64,000 nt of DNA, from assembly GCF_037042905.1 (NCBI RefSeq), contig NC_087252.1, forward strand, positions 5,272,001 through 5,336,000, in the 5' to 3' direction. Origin of the DNA: Lytechinus pictus. Its lineage: Eukaryota. The notes beneath the pieces were generated by a model. It did not search any database and was not told where the DNA came from. It was given only the letters and a program-made list of their open reading frames with translations. How positions within the stretch are numbered: the stretch's first letter is position 1; each line of letters opens with the position of its first letter. Both the position numbers and the translations under genes were made by a program. Below, one piece after another: positions 25,001 to 36,193 of the stretch.

Positions 25001-25465
25001 TTTTTTGGAAGCAATCTTGGATTTTTGGACACACCAGACCACTGGCTGTCCTTGTAACTTGTTTCAATGTATTATTTCACTCTTAAAACCATTGAATGAA
25101 AAACAAATTTAGATGAATTGTGGATTTTCAGCCTACGGCAGCCATTTTGGGCGCCATCTTGGATTTGCCTGGTACACTGGAGGGCTTATAATTCTTTCTA
25201 GCCTAAATCAACTTTTGTACCCCAGACCATGGAATATAGAACGAAATAGGATTCTAGGGTGGATAATGTGTCAGTTGTATCAATTTTCAGTGAATGGCGG
25301 CTATCTTGGACGCCATCTTGAAAATAACCACTTTCCCGGATGCGGATTTTGGTAGATTTTTAGTATGTTATTCCTGAGGTCAAATAGTACAAAATACCGT
25401 TGAAAAATCATTTGTTGCAATTTGTTCCGGGTAAGGCTATTTTTGGTCGTATATTGACCCGTCTA
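22099..25465. mobile_element. Foldback-type non-autonomous DNA transposon, Academ-like termini, built of opposed ~177-bp tandem repeats
   Basis: Ends TAGACGGGTCAATATA / TATATTGACCCGTCTA; TAC duplicated at 22096-22098 and 25466-25468; near-perfect IR 22122-22256 vs ~25297-25431. Units AGTTACAAGGACAGTCAGTGG (left, ~6) and CCACTGACTGTCCTTGTAACT (right, ~9). Empty site at ~51666-51688. Confidence 0.85.
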
Positions 25466-26722
25466 TACAGTCAAACCAGTATGCAATGGCGATACACTAT
25501 GTAGACAGTCTGAATGGGGAAAACCAGACTACACACTTCACATGAATACCCCGCAACTACCAACTTATAACCTTTTGTGGTAATAAAATATTTACCTCCA
25601 AAACCGTGATGACTACACTAGACAATTCTATTCAGGGTAAGCTACACCCATTCGAATATGAAATGAATAAACGTTAGGATCGATTGCCTTTTCCCGCCCA
25701 CGTTTTGTTATCCCCATCTAATATGTAAAAGAATAATGAAAATAAATGTGTAGAAAAAGAACAGAGTAACAAGTTCACTACCTCTAAACAAATCATGCTT
25801 GTCTCATTATGTTTATTTCATCTGACTATCAACAAAAATATTTCCATGGGACAGTATTCATTTGTATTCAATTGAAACAATACTACCTAGTTAATAATTT
25901 TGATTATCATTATGCCATTCCCAAATACTGAATAAGAATTATTTCTTACCATCAGCCCCATATTTTCTTTTTGAAAAATAGTGCAAGGATACATTTTGAT
26001 ACAAACATGAGAACAGAAAGGGTACTGCAATGTAATGCTTTTCAAAAACGAAAGTACAGTAAAAAAAAATACTTTATTTAAGTCAAACTACGAGTCTTTG
26101 GGATATTTTCCCCACACTAAGCATCCATACATTCTGAAAGAACAGGCTCATATTTGACACCTTAGAATACAGGTCTTGAGTGGAGACTAGATGACAAAGC
26201 CTCTGTTTTCTAGCCACAGTACAAACAGAATACGTCACCAGACCAGACTCTGCATTAAATCACTATGCAAATTGCGAAATACATGTATAAAGAATCTTTG
26301 CTCTAGTGCAATATCAGAGAAACCAATTTCAGCAGACTGTGTTTCTGAAGGAGAACCCAAGCTGGAGCATGGAGCCAAGTTAAATGCACGTAGTTTGATC
26401 GTGCGTTATTCTCCGTATACGAATCGTGATAGGGTTGAAATTGCCTTGTGCATGTTGTAATGCTCTGGATGAGAATGTGTTCGATTTCTCTTTGTAACAG
26501 ACTGCCAAATTAAAATGATTTTTTTGTCTTAGTTTATCGAGAGCAAAAAACCCGCTTAACGAGGAAAAAGACTACAGCTTTCATGTTTTAAGAAACGATC
26601 GGAGACGGTTCATAGCAAATGGTTAATGGAATATCATCGACAGCTTTAATCATTTATATCTACCGCATGCAATTGTTATATAACACTCAATTTCATATCT
26701 GATAACCTATTCAGCAACCACC

Positions 26723-26789
26723 ATGTTCTCATCAGACACGAAATATTTCATCTTCATCATTTTCATGGTCTTGTGTAGCGGTTCAGAAT
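26723..26789 (+). CDS. Putative first coding exon (signal peptide MFSSDTKYFIFIIFMVLCSGSE) of an unidentified secreted/membrane protein gene, copy A
   Basis: Kozak-like CAACCACCATG, hydrophobic core, phase-1 donor GTGAGT at 26790; conserved with an in-frame 3-bp indel in copy B. Confidence 0.65.
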
Positions 26790-27162
26790 GTGAGTAAATG
26801 TTTTTTTTTAAAGATTGTCTAAGATCTACTTTGTCAGCGTTTCATATATGCGTAGTGTAGGAACTATTCCTTATGAAGGTGTTATATAGACATTACTGTC
26901 TACTCTGTAAAAGCGATACCATAGGCTACTGCACAGCATGATAGAATTCAACGTTTCCGTAAGTTTTCAAAACTTGTTTCATTCAAACATAGGAGGCAGA
27001 TCATTATTCAAAAGCACATGTAAAATGTACATGTATACACTGTTAAAACCCCTGATTTTACAGAAAAAAACCCAAGATTTTACAGAAAGCAATAACAAAA
27101 TCATTCAGTAAATAATTCGTAAAACGGGAATTTTTCTTCTATTTAACAGAACAGGTCTGTTG

Positions 27163-27338
27163 TGTTATGTACTCCTAATTAATCTACAGTAATTAGTAAT
27201 TAAGGCACATAAATAAGCACACGTCTGATACTCTTGGTATATGATTCCAAAGCAAGTTTATTCCGCATTGCGCCTGCGCAGCTACAATTGTGAGTCATGG
27301 TATGACATCATGTATGACATCATTATCAATATATAACA
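27163..27338 (-). repeat. 3' LTR (176 bp)
   Basis: Reads identical to 31763-31938. Confidence 0.97.
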
Positions 27339-27719
27339 TCTCTCCCCCTTTAGATTAAATATACCTTTTAAATATCCCAATTCAATTTGCAACTTAATAA
27401 CTGTGCCAGTAAATATTCAACTGGTCATGAAACTATATATTGAAATTTAACAATTTCTTTGATAGCAGATGAAATTTAACAATTTCTTTGATAGCAGTTC
27501 CCGGATTAAAATTTAACTTCGATAAACTTTTGATACTTATCAAACATTAACTGGTATACGTCAGTCAGGAACTGAAGTTAGAATTAAAACTAATAAATTC
27601 AATGATACTTTCTGTTTCAGTGAACTAAACCATTAAATCAGGAATTTTGACAAGGTCCAAAAATATTTGAGTTAATAATCCAAGACAAGATCTTATTAAA
27701 ATTATAGTTGCGTCCAAAT

Positions 27720-30700
27720 TTATGAAAATCCAAAATAGTTTGGTTTTCTCCGCTCTCGTCTAGGATAATGCTTTATACCGTCATCGTGTTCGACTTCAGG
27801 ATTGTCTTCACGATCGGCGCGAATGTCTACATGATCTTCATTGACATCGCGATCATCATTCTCGTTATCACGGATGATAACGTCATCTTCGTGTGTCGGG
27901 ACGGTGTCGTCGTTCGAGGTTGATGAAGTCGAGATTCGACTTCGCAGTTGGTCAACATGACGTTTCCATTTCAGCGTGGTGTTATTGGCATTGACATTTA
28001 CGACATAGGATACCGGACCGTTACGTTCGACTACTTTTCCGGGTAGCCATTGGTTACCTCGCCCGTAATTTCTCACAAGGACTTCTTCTCCTATCTTAAA
28101 TTCGCGAAGTATGCGAGAAGTGTGAGCGGTCTGTGAGAATTGCTTCTTCTCAACGGTTGCGTTCACATCAGGCAGAACAGAAGATATGCGAGTACGCAAC
28201 TTTCGGTTCATGAGCAATTCTGCCGGTGACTGATTTGTGGTAGCTTGTGGAGTTGTACGGTAACTCAACAAGAACCTTGATAATCTCGTCTGAAGGGGTC
28301 CACTCATTTTTCTGAGGGCTCCTTTCACAGTTTGCACTGCTCTTTCCGCGAGACCATTAGTGGCTGGGTGATATGGTGCACCTCGAATGTGATTGATTGC
28401 GTTCATTTTCATGAACATAGCGAATTCCTCACTCGTGAAACAGGGCCCATTATCCGAAACCAGCGTTTGAGGAAGACCTTGTGCCGAAAAGACTTCCCTC
28501 AATTTGTCGATTGTCGCTTCACTAGTCGATTTATTCGTAATATGAACATCTATCCACTTTGAATACGCATCTACTATTACTAGTAACATTTTCCCTTCTA
28601 CTGGACCTGCGTAATCGACATGAATTCGCGACCACGGTTTACTTGGATATTCCCACTGATGGGGTGGAGCTTTCGACGGTTGTCGCTGGTGTGATTGACA
28701 TTTTTCGCAAGATTTAACTTTACGCTCCAAATCTTTGTCAATCTGTGGCCACCATACGCAACTTCTCGCCATTGCCTTCATACGCACTATCCCCGGATGT
28801 GCATCATGCAATTCTTCCATCATTGCTTCTCGACATTTCGGTGGAAGCACCGCGCGAGCTCCCCACAATATTACTCCCTCATGGACACTCAATTCATCTT
28901 TTCTATTCAAATACGGACCGAATGCCTTATCTTGTAATTCATCTGCTGTAGGCCATCCGTGTAAGATGAAGTTACGGACCCGCGACAAGATCGGATCTTT
29001 GTCGGTAAGAGAACGGACGCGCGAGGGCGTTATCGGTGTCCTATCTAACGTATCCATGAGAAGTATGATATCTCCCGGGATCGGAGGATCCGGAATGGTT
29101 GATTCTAGCGGCAATCTACTGAGTGCATCAGCATTTGAATTTTTCTCTCCCGCTTTATACTTTATTTCATATTCGTATGCCGCAAGTGTAATCGCCCACC
29201 GTTGGACGCGCGGAGAAGCCATCTGTGGAATGGCTTTCCTCTCTCCAAAGAGACCAAGTAGCGGCTTATGGTCCGTGATTATTTCGAATTTACGGCCATA
29301 CAGATATTGGTGAAACCGTTTTACCCCAAATACAATCGCTAGACCTTCCTTGTCTAATTGCGAATATCTGCGTTCCGCAACATTCAGTGTTCGCGACGCG
29401 AAACCGATGGGTTTTTCGGTCCCATCCGAAAATCTATGTGCGAGTACGGCTCCGACACCGTACGGACTAGCGTCGCAAGCTAGTATCAGTTTCTCTTCCG
29501 GATTGTAGTGGGCTAGCACTCGAGTTGAATTAAGCAACTTTTTGGCTCTTACGAAAGCCTGTTTTTGCTCATTACCCCACTGCCATCTTGCGTCTTTCCT
29601 CAACAACCGATGAAGAGGTTCTAGATTTGATGCAAGGTCGGGTAGAAATTTACCATAATAATTTAGCAAGCCCAGGAACGAGCGGAGTTCCTTTACGCTT
29701 TTTGGTTCCGGCGCATTTGTAATTGCTTGCACCTTGTCCCCCGTGGGACGAAGACCTTTGGCAGTGATTGTGTGTCCGAGGTAATCAACCTCGTCCTTGA
29801 GAAACACACATTTTTCTTTCTTTAGTCTTAGTCCAGCTTTCAGAAGAACATCCAGGACTGCTCTTAGGTTCTTCATGTGGGCATCTGTTGACTCTCCTGT
29901 GATGAGAAGATCATCTAGGTAGACAGCCACACCTGGTATACCGGCCAGCAATGACTCCATCGTCCGCTGAAACACAGAGGGCGCAGTTGAAACTCCAAAA
30001 GGCAGTCTCTTGTATCGAAATAACCCTCTATGCGTGTTGATGGTGACGAACTCCCTGGATTTCTCAGACAGGACTAGCTGTTGATAGGCATGAGACAGAT
30101 CCAGTTTTGTGAATTTCTTTCCATTTGCAAGCCTGGCAAATAGCTCTTCTACTCTCGGGATCGGATAAGTATCCGATCGAGCTGCTGTATTAATCGTGGT
30201 TTTATAATCCCCACAAATTCGAATGGATCCATCTCCTTTGACAACTGGGACCACTGGAGCTGCCCAGTTTGAATATTGAACTGGTTCAATTATGTCATCT
30301 GCTAGAAGGCGATCCAGCTCTTGATCCAGACGACTTCGAAGCGAAAATGGAACTGGACGGGCCTTCAAAAACTTAGGTGATGCATCGGGGTCAATATCCA
30401 GATCTACTTCTACACCTTTCAACTTTCCAAGTTCTCGTGTGAACAGTCCCGCGTAGTCTAAAAACACTCTGTCTACTGCGTCATTGACCCTGACCAAGTT
30501 TATCTCCCTCCAGTCCAACTTTATTTCGTGCAGCCAATCTCGTCCCATGAGATTCGGCCCTCTGCCTCTCGCAACTATCAAAGGCAAGCGTTCCTCCTTG
30601 TTGCCCTTGGATACGGCGACTTCACATTCTCCGATAATGTCGATTAAATGTTCGGTGTATGTACGAAGCCGCGTTTTTGGTTCGCTCAGCTTAGGCCTCT

Positions 30701-31694
30701 CTTTGTCACTCCACTGAGAGAGCCACGTTTTCTCAATGATGAGCGTTACTGCCGAGCCCGTGTCCACTTGGAAGTTTATAGGTTTCCCTTTCACTGTTAG
30801 CTGAGTCATAATCGGAGGAGGTTTGGAAGCTTTCGTCGAGTGTGTATACAACCCGTAGCTTTCGCTTTCATCATCCTCTCTTGTTTCGATCTGCAGAGTT
30901 CGAGATTTATTGGAGGCGGTCCGTTTCCCTTGCTGCTGGAAAACTTTTCTCTGGTCCTTCCTCTCTCCTTTGGCTCTGCATACCACGGCAAAATGTCCCT
31001 TTTTCCCGCAGTGGAAACACTCTCCGTCTTTTGCTGGACAAGCCTCTCCTTGATGCTGTCCCTTTCCGCAGCGACCGCATGAGGAATGTTTCTTGGAATT
31101 AGGACGTTGTGACGACTTACGATGACGAACACCATGAGCGATTTTGTTCACCATCTCGCCTTTGTTCTGATCTCTGAGATCGACTGTATTTTTATCAGCT
31201 AATTCCATTGCTAATGCAATATCTTTAGCTTTTTCGAAAGTTAGAGTTGGTTCAGCCAATAATCTCCTTTGTATTCTATCATCCGCCACTCCACACACAA
31301 TCCTATCTCTCAACATCTCCTCTAAAATAGTACCAAACTTACATTCATTAGCCAATCGTCGCAGTTCAGCAATGTAAGTTGACAACGATTCATCTGGTCT
31401 CCTCGACCTGCTGTTAAACTTGAATCGTTGGACGATCACCGATGGCTTTGGATCTCGATGATCAGTCATTAATTTCACAAGTTCCTTGAACTCAACTTCA
31501 CCTGGTTTCCTTGGTGCCGCCAAACTTGACATTAACTTGTAGGTTGAGGCTCCACAAACACTAAGTAAAATGGATCTTTTCCTCCCCTCATCAATGATGC
31601 TATTGGCGTCGAAGTAGTGTCCCATACGCTCAATGTACTCGGACCAACTCCCTTCGTCTTCCCGAAATTCACCAATTGTTCCAAAAGTAGCCAT
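27720..31694 (-). CDS. Gag-Pol polyprotein, 1324 aa from the first ATG (gag with two CCHC knuckles, protease, RT, RNase H, integrase)
   Basis: CGRCGKGQHQGEAC and CFHCGKKGHFAVVC; VDTGS; LPFG and YLDD; CDAS..TDHKPL..NADALSR; HDAHPG..CEKC, HVDYAG, SDNG, GLAER. No internal stop. Confidence 0.97.
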   Translation of the reverse strand: MATFGTIGEFREDEGSWSEYIERMGHYFDANSIIDEGRKRSILLSVCGASTYKLMSSLAAPRKPGEVEFKELVKLMTDHRDPKPSVIVQRFKFNSRSRRPDESLSTYIAELRRLANECKFGTILEEMLRDRIVCGVADDRIQRRLLAEPTLTFEKAKDIALAMELADKNTVDLRDQNKGEMVNKIAHGVRHRKSSQRPNSKKHSSCGRCGKGQHQGEACPAKDGECFHCGKKGHFAVVCRAKGERKDQRKVFQQQGKRTASNKSRTLQIETREDDESESYGLYTHSTKASKPPPIMTQLTVKGKPINFQVDTGSAVTLIIEKTWLSQWSDKERPKLSEPKTRLRTYTEHLIDIIGECEVAVSKGNKEERLPLIVARGRGPNLMGRDWLHEIKLDWREINLVRVNDAVDRVFLDYAGLFTRELGKLKGVEVDLDIDPDASPKFLKARPVPFSLRSRLDQELDRLLADDIIEPVQYSNWAAPVVPVVKGDGSIRICGDYKTTINTAARSDTYPIPRVEELFARLANGKKFTKLDLSHAYQQLVLSEKSREFVTINTHRGLFRYKRLPFGVSTAPSVFQRTMESLLAGIPGVAVYLDDLLITGESTDAHMKNLRAVLDVLLKAGLRLKKEKCVFLKDEVDYLGHTITAKGLRPTGDKVQAITNAPEPKSVKELRSFLGLLNYYGKFLPDLASNLEPLHRLLRKDARWQWGNEQKQAFVRAKKLLNSTRVLAHYNPEEKLILACDASPYGVGAVLAHRFSDGTEKPIGFASRTLNVAERRYSQLDKEGLAIVFGVKRFHQYLYGRKFEIITDHKPLLGLFGERKAIPQMASPRVQRWAITLAAYEYEIKYKAGEKNSNADALSRLPLESTIPDPPIPGDIILLMDTLDRTPITPSRVRSLTDKDPILSRVRNFILHGWPTADELQDKAFGPYLNRKDELSVHEGVILWGARAVLPPKCREAMMEELHDAHPGIVRMKAMARSCVWWPQIDKDLERKVKSCEKCQSHQRQPSKAPPHQWEYPSKPWSRIHVDYAGPVEGKMLLVIVDAYSKWIDVHITNKSTSEATIDKLREVFSAQGLPQTLVSDNGPCFTSEEFAMFMKMNAINHIRGAPYHPATNGLAERAVQTVKGALRKMSGPLQTRLSRFLLSYRTTPQATTNQSPAELLMNRKLRTRISSVLPDVNATVEKKQFSQTAHTSRILREFKIGEEVLVRNYGRGNQWLPGKVVERNGPVSYVVNVNANNTTLKWKRHVDQLRSRISTSSTSNDDTVPTHEDDVIIRDNENDDRDVNEDHVDIRADREDNPEVEHDDGIKHYPRRERRKPNYFGFS

Positions 31695-31762
31695 CCTCAG
31701 GTACTCGAACTTTCCCAAAGTGAAGAACAAACACAAAAGTTAATCCTCGTCGCCAGATTTGT

Positions 31763-31938
31763 TGTTATGTACTCCTAATTAATCTACAGTAATTAGTAAT
31801 TAAGGCACATAAATAAGCACACGTCTGATACTCTTGGTATATGATTCCAAAGCAAGTTTATTCCGCATTGCGCCTGCGCAGCTACAATTGTGAGTCATGG
31901 TATGACATCATGTATGACATCATTATCAATATATAACA
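31763..31938 (-). repeat. 5' LTR (176 bp)
   Basis: Reads identical to 27163-27338; the PBS follows after a 7-nt spacer. Confidence 0.97.
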
Positions 31939-32255
31939 TGTTGAAAAAGGGGAAAAGGGTGATTTATTTAAAGAAATCTGTAAGGTTCCATACACCAAAT
32001 ACCAATTTCCTGTAATTTTACATGATATAATGTATAAGTTTACGCAATCTGGTAAGATTACAGGTGTTCTCGAGACTCTGCTGCAGGAACTTTTTTTTAT
32101 TTTAAGAATACATTTTCTAACAGTGTATATACAAGGCAAATAATTGCTAAGATTGTGATAAATTGTGTTCTCTTTTCTACAAGCATAATATCTGGCACAA
32201 TGAGTAATATCCTGGAGATTTTTCCACATTTTAACATTGGTACAGATCCATTTAA

Positions 32256-34101
32256 AGTTGAATTAAGAAGACGATTCCAAATATTGTGATATTTACATTA
32301 ATAGCAACCTTACTACCCCTAAACACTAAAAGGTGATTCGACCCCCCACCCCATTTTCTTTTTTCAAAATAGTGAATTTGAACGATTTATCCCTACCCAT
32401 TTTCCCTGAGTTCGCTCCTGCAATGCCTACCGAGACGGGTGTTCTCTGAGTGTGACGTCACCGGGGGTATTCGGTCCCGGTGTAGTAAACAAGGCAGTGC
32501 CGCTTTGTGTACTATGCACGTACGCCTTCATATTTACTTTTGTGTCAAAACTTCATTTTATCGCAATTGATTTTATGTGAACGATATTGAAAGGAAGTAA
32601 TAATTATACAAAGTCATATAGCCAATAACATGTCCCTACATTGTTAAAACTGTTCTTCTTCGTAGGGATTTTAGACGATTTTAATGCATTGTTTTCTTTC
32701 GGGACTGTGTCCGTGGCGAAACAAGTCATAATTAAATAAACTGCAGTTGAAGTTGTATCTGCGAGCCGGAGAACTTGTAAAGAGGAAATGCTTAAAACTA
32801 TATTTATGGCCGTACTATTATTCCAAATATGTAAATTCCCTCAGAATGATACCATAGACCCTAAAGGAATAATTTCAAGGCGAATAGTATGAAATTTGAT
32901 CGAGATCTTCTCACCAGTCGATAACGTAGCAGACGTGTTATTATGACATATTTATCCGCGTGTGACGCGGCTATTGCAAAAAACACAGTTGGTTGCGGGA
33001 TTGCTTTGTGTCGACCGACCGCCCGCTCCGGCGCAGTTAGCTGTCGAGCTACCGTACCGCATACCTTTCTTGCTCTTTTCAACTCACTTGCGAATTGCGT
33101 TTGTATGCGTGAGGGTGACCCCTACACTCTAAAAACAAATCAGTCAAAATGGCTAGTTAATAGGGTCAGCTGGGTGCAACTGTTATTCTAGTCATATTTG
33201 ACTATTTTCTAGTCATATTGTACTAGAACAGAGTTATTTCTGACTAGAATATATGTAAGAAATGTGAATATCAGTGATTGCCATATCAGTTGCTCCCAGC
33301 TGACTACTGGTCTAGTCAATTTGACTGATTTGTTTTAAGAATGTAGCGTAATTAAATATAGAAAACAACTTGGAAGGCCAAGAAGTATAGTACGTTTGAT
33401 TCAAGATTGTTCTGTGGAATGAGCTATGAGTGGGAATGATCCAGAGGATATAAAAATGGATTCAAAGACAAAATGAAAGAAGAAAGAGACGCCAGGGGAT
33501 CGCTGCATGGTCATGAACTGCGGGTCGACATACCAGACCACTACAGTACACTCAATGCCTGGGTGTTGTGTGTATTGTATAGGCGTGCAGCGCGCGCAGA
33601 GCTGAGCTAGCCGCCGGAATTACTTTCCAGCAACTCACTTGATGAAACATCGTGATAAAATAAATGAGAAATAGTGAAAATATCATTCAATAACTCACTG
33701 TTTGCAATCTTACATCGTGATTTAATAGTTCATGATAGTTATTCATACTGTTTTTTTATACAGGGAAAGTAAAGATTTGTACATATGAGTCCTCTTTGTT
33801 TGATTTGAGTTGCTTTGAAAAAAAAAAGGAAAATCATCTTTCTCTCCCTGCATAGCATTTCTGTATTACATTCGGGCACCTCTTATACTAAATTCCCCCG
33901 GTGACGTCACACTCCGAGTGATTTTTCTGTACACTCGTCTCTCGGGCTCTGACAAGTGGCTAATTTCATAGACTTCCAAAGCAAAATATCGAGAAGGCAG
34001 AGGATTTTTGTGACATTCTGTCTGTTTGAACAACTGATATATACTATATATTGTGTGTGGAACCCGTATTTATGGAAACTCACCCCTTTCTTAATTCAAC
34101 T
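32256..34101. mobile_element. Non-autonomous Kolobok-like DNA transposon (TTAA TSD)
   Basis: TTAA-AGTTGAATTAAGAA .. TTCTTAATTCAACT-TTAA; internal inverted pair GAGTGTGACGTCACCGGGGG (~32448) / CCCCCGGTGACGTCACACTC (~33895). Confidence 0.75.
33125..33343. mobile_element. Small MITE nested in the Kolobok-like element
   Basis: TA-CACTCTAAAAACAAATCAGTCAAA..GTCAGCTGGGTGCAACTG is mirrored by CAGTTGCTCCCAGCTGAC..TTGACTGATTTGTTTTAAGAATG-TA. Confidence 0.75.
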
Positions 34102-34444
34102 TTAATGAAATTATGGAAATACAACCATTGTTTCGAGGGAACATAACTCTTATATTTCTTACACATTTTTTTTTATTAAGGTATCAAATAAAAGAGCAGA
34201 TATTGAACTTTTTAGGCATGTGATTTTCTTTTTGAAATTCAGATACCCCCCGCAAAATAAGTTTTTGGTATCCTTTCTTCAAATTGTTTTTGCTCACTTA
34301 TGCATGAATGTGGAATAATCTAAGTAATATCAGATGAAAGAGGAGATTCTAAGCTTTACATTGGTAGGTCATTTGTCTATTGTATTTGTGATTAAGTTAT
34401 GATAAATCATCGCTTAATCTCGGCTTCGTTTTTTCTGGGATACA

Positions 34445-34485
<41 letters not shown>

Positions 34486-34674
34486 CACATTTGTATACTT
34501 TCTCCCATACGTGTACTGTATCAAAGCAATTTAGCTTTGATCCAGCTGAGGCATGGAGGCTTGTCATTATTCAAAACCCACCTACACCCGACAAAGGAAA
34601 TTATAATTGGTATAGTGTCGAAAATATGTCAATCTGACGGTCAATCGGATCGGGGTCGCCCTAGCCACTAACCC

Positions 34675-34746
34675 GTCTCTGTGGTCTAGTGGTTAAGGCA
34701 CCGGCGTTCAAAGCTGGGAGCCCGGGTTCGATTCCCGGCAGATACA
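34675..34746 (+). tRNA. tRNA-like sequence (tRNA-Glu-like body, TCA at the anticodon position); probably repeat/SINE-derived
   Basis: Acceptor GTCTCTG/CAGATAC (6/7 pairs), D arm GTCT/AGGC, anticodon arm CCGGC-GTTCAAA-GCTGG, T arm CCGGG-TTCGATT-CCCGG. A box TGGTCTAGTGG, B box GGTTCGATTCC, T6 run at 34747-34752. Confidence 0.6.
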
Positions 34747-36193
34747 TTTTTTCGGCCTTACCAATTTTTCAAAAGGGCAGATAGCTCCAGGGAAGCTACG
34801 CCTACCATTGTTCTCTTTATCCATTTCTTTCACAAAATATTAAATGAAAGAGTTGCCAAAGCTGTTGTACATGTATAATTTCACACACATATATATGTAT
34901 ATATATATATATAAATATATACATGTATATACCCCATAATTTGAACACAGATTTATCATGTTTATACATTGGCCTAAGCCAAGGTAATCCTGATTATACA
35001 ATACGGGCCAAATGTGTACATATAATGCAATATTTAAGCATTTCGTATTCCCAAATAATGTGTATGCTACAATATAATATTGTCGGGCACGCAAAAATCA
35101 TATTCCCGAAAGGAAGCATAATTAGACTGTATTTTTTTATGCATGAACAGCTGCGCCACAAACTTGGCAAGGACATCAACCATTAAGAGCCTAAATATAG
35201 ATTGCTGATCGGTTGGGGAAAACCACGTAACATTTGACCCCAGCTGACAACGCGCTGTGATGCACACGTTTGTTATTATATACGTAATTTCCCGCCAATA
35301 CAGTATGGGTATAGAAAATATAATAACATAATCAGACAAAACTTGTGAAATCGTACAAAATCAAGCAGGCTTATGGAAAAGAGATCTATTATGTTTTAAA
35401 GCAAATCTTGTAAGGATCTCCTGATAATTGTGAATTAATAATCACTTTTATTTCCAATCTAGACCAAAAAAGAAAAAAAATATGTGTCAACATGAATAGT
35501 CAAAGGATGTATATGTGCACCATTTGAAACATGTTTTTTACCTTTGATATACAAAATGATTGAGGTAACATAAATTATTGTGAAGCCATGCACTGGTTAC
35601 GAGTACCAGGATACTGGCTCATAAACTGTTCTTAAAAGTGATTATTGTGACAAAAATCTAACACGAATCCAGAGACCAGCCTGTTATAAATTAGAGTTAC
35701 ACGAAAATTTTCAAATTGCGAACAATTTGATTCCTTTTGTGAGCTTGAAACAAACAACAACGCCTACTAACTTAACTGTCCTCTTAAACGAGTTGCTTAA
35801 AATAATCATATCTAAATAAATACAATAATATTCACTGAGAAAAATGGTGAAAACATCATAAAAATCGTATAACAAATGTGTAAGTTTTTGAATGTTTGAT
35901 TTTAGCAATGTTTGTGAAAACGTCTTCAAACATATTCATTAGATGGACGGGTGATATTACATCCCCACTTTCCTTTTCTTAGTACGTTATCATGGTCATG
36001 ACATGAAATCATAATAATTCTAATATGTCTATGATATGTTTCCCTTTTATATAAAAAAGTTGCAGTAATGAATATCTAAATCTGCATCATTTTTTGTTTG
36101 TTCTTGGAGGCAAACTGAACAAAACAAATAATTCATGTAATAAAACACAAACGAACAAGTGATGATATGAAATCATCAGTTAGTTCGGTTCCA

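Larger units (their letters stand above)
21960..27030 (+). repeat. Paralogous block A (upstream region, first exon, start of intron) of a tandem duplication; counterpart at 51540-53340
   Basis: GAATGTTTGATTCAACATGAGATTG.. occurs at 21960 and 51541; CTATGTAGACAGTCTGAATGGGGAAAACCAGAC at ~25497 and ~51709. Further shared blocks: ~32175 vs ~53830 and 34930-35275 vs 55580-55910. Confidence 0.85.
27163..31938 (-). mobile_element. Intact Ty3/Gypsy LTR retrotransposon (Mag-clade-like), 4776 bp
   Basis: Two 176-bp TG..CA LTRs, 5-bp TSD TGTTG (27158-27162, 31939-31943), PBS TGGCGACGAGGAT (31755-31743, complementary to the tRNA-Ser(GCT) 3' end), PPT AAGGGGGAGAGA next to the 3' LTR. Confidence 0.97.
27038..32125. 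mobile_element. ~310-bp MITE with CACTGTTA..TAACAGTG ends and TA flanks, split by the Gypsy insertion
   Basis: TA-CACTGTTAAAA at 27036 and TTCTAACAGTG-TA ending at 32127; halves are 27038-27162 and 31939-32125. Confidence 0.6.

Noticed and set aside
28332..31135. Short ORFs overlapping gag-pol
   Set aside because: They are shadow frames of the long retrotransposon ORF with no independent motifs.
34675..34746. Selenocysteine tRNA
   Set aside because: It lacks the long variable arm and the extended acceptor/D stems of tRNA-Sec; only the anticodon triplet matches.
34923..35186. 87-aa ORF as exon 2 of the signal-peptide gene
   Set aside because: The paralogous block at ~55580-55910 differs by 1- and 2-bp indels and has in-frame stops.
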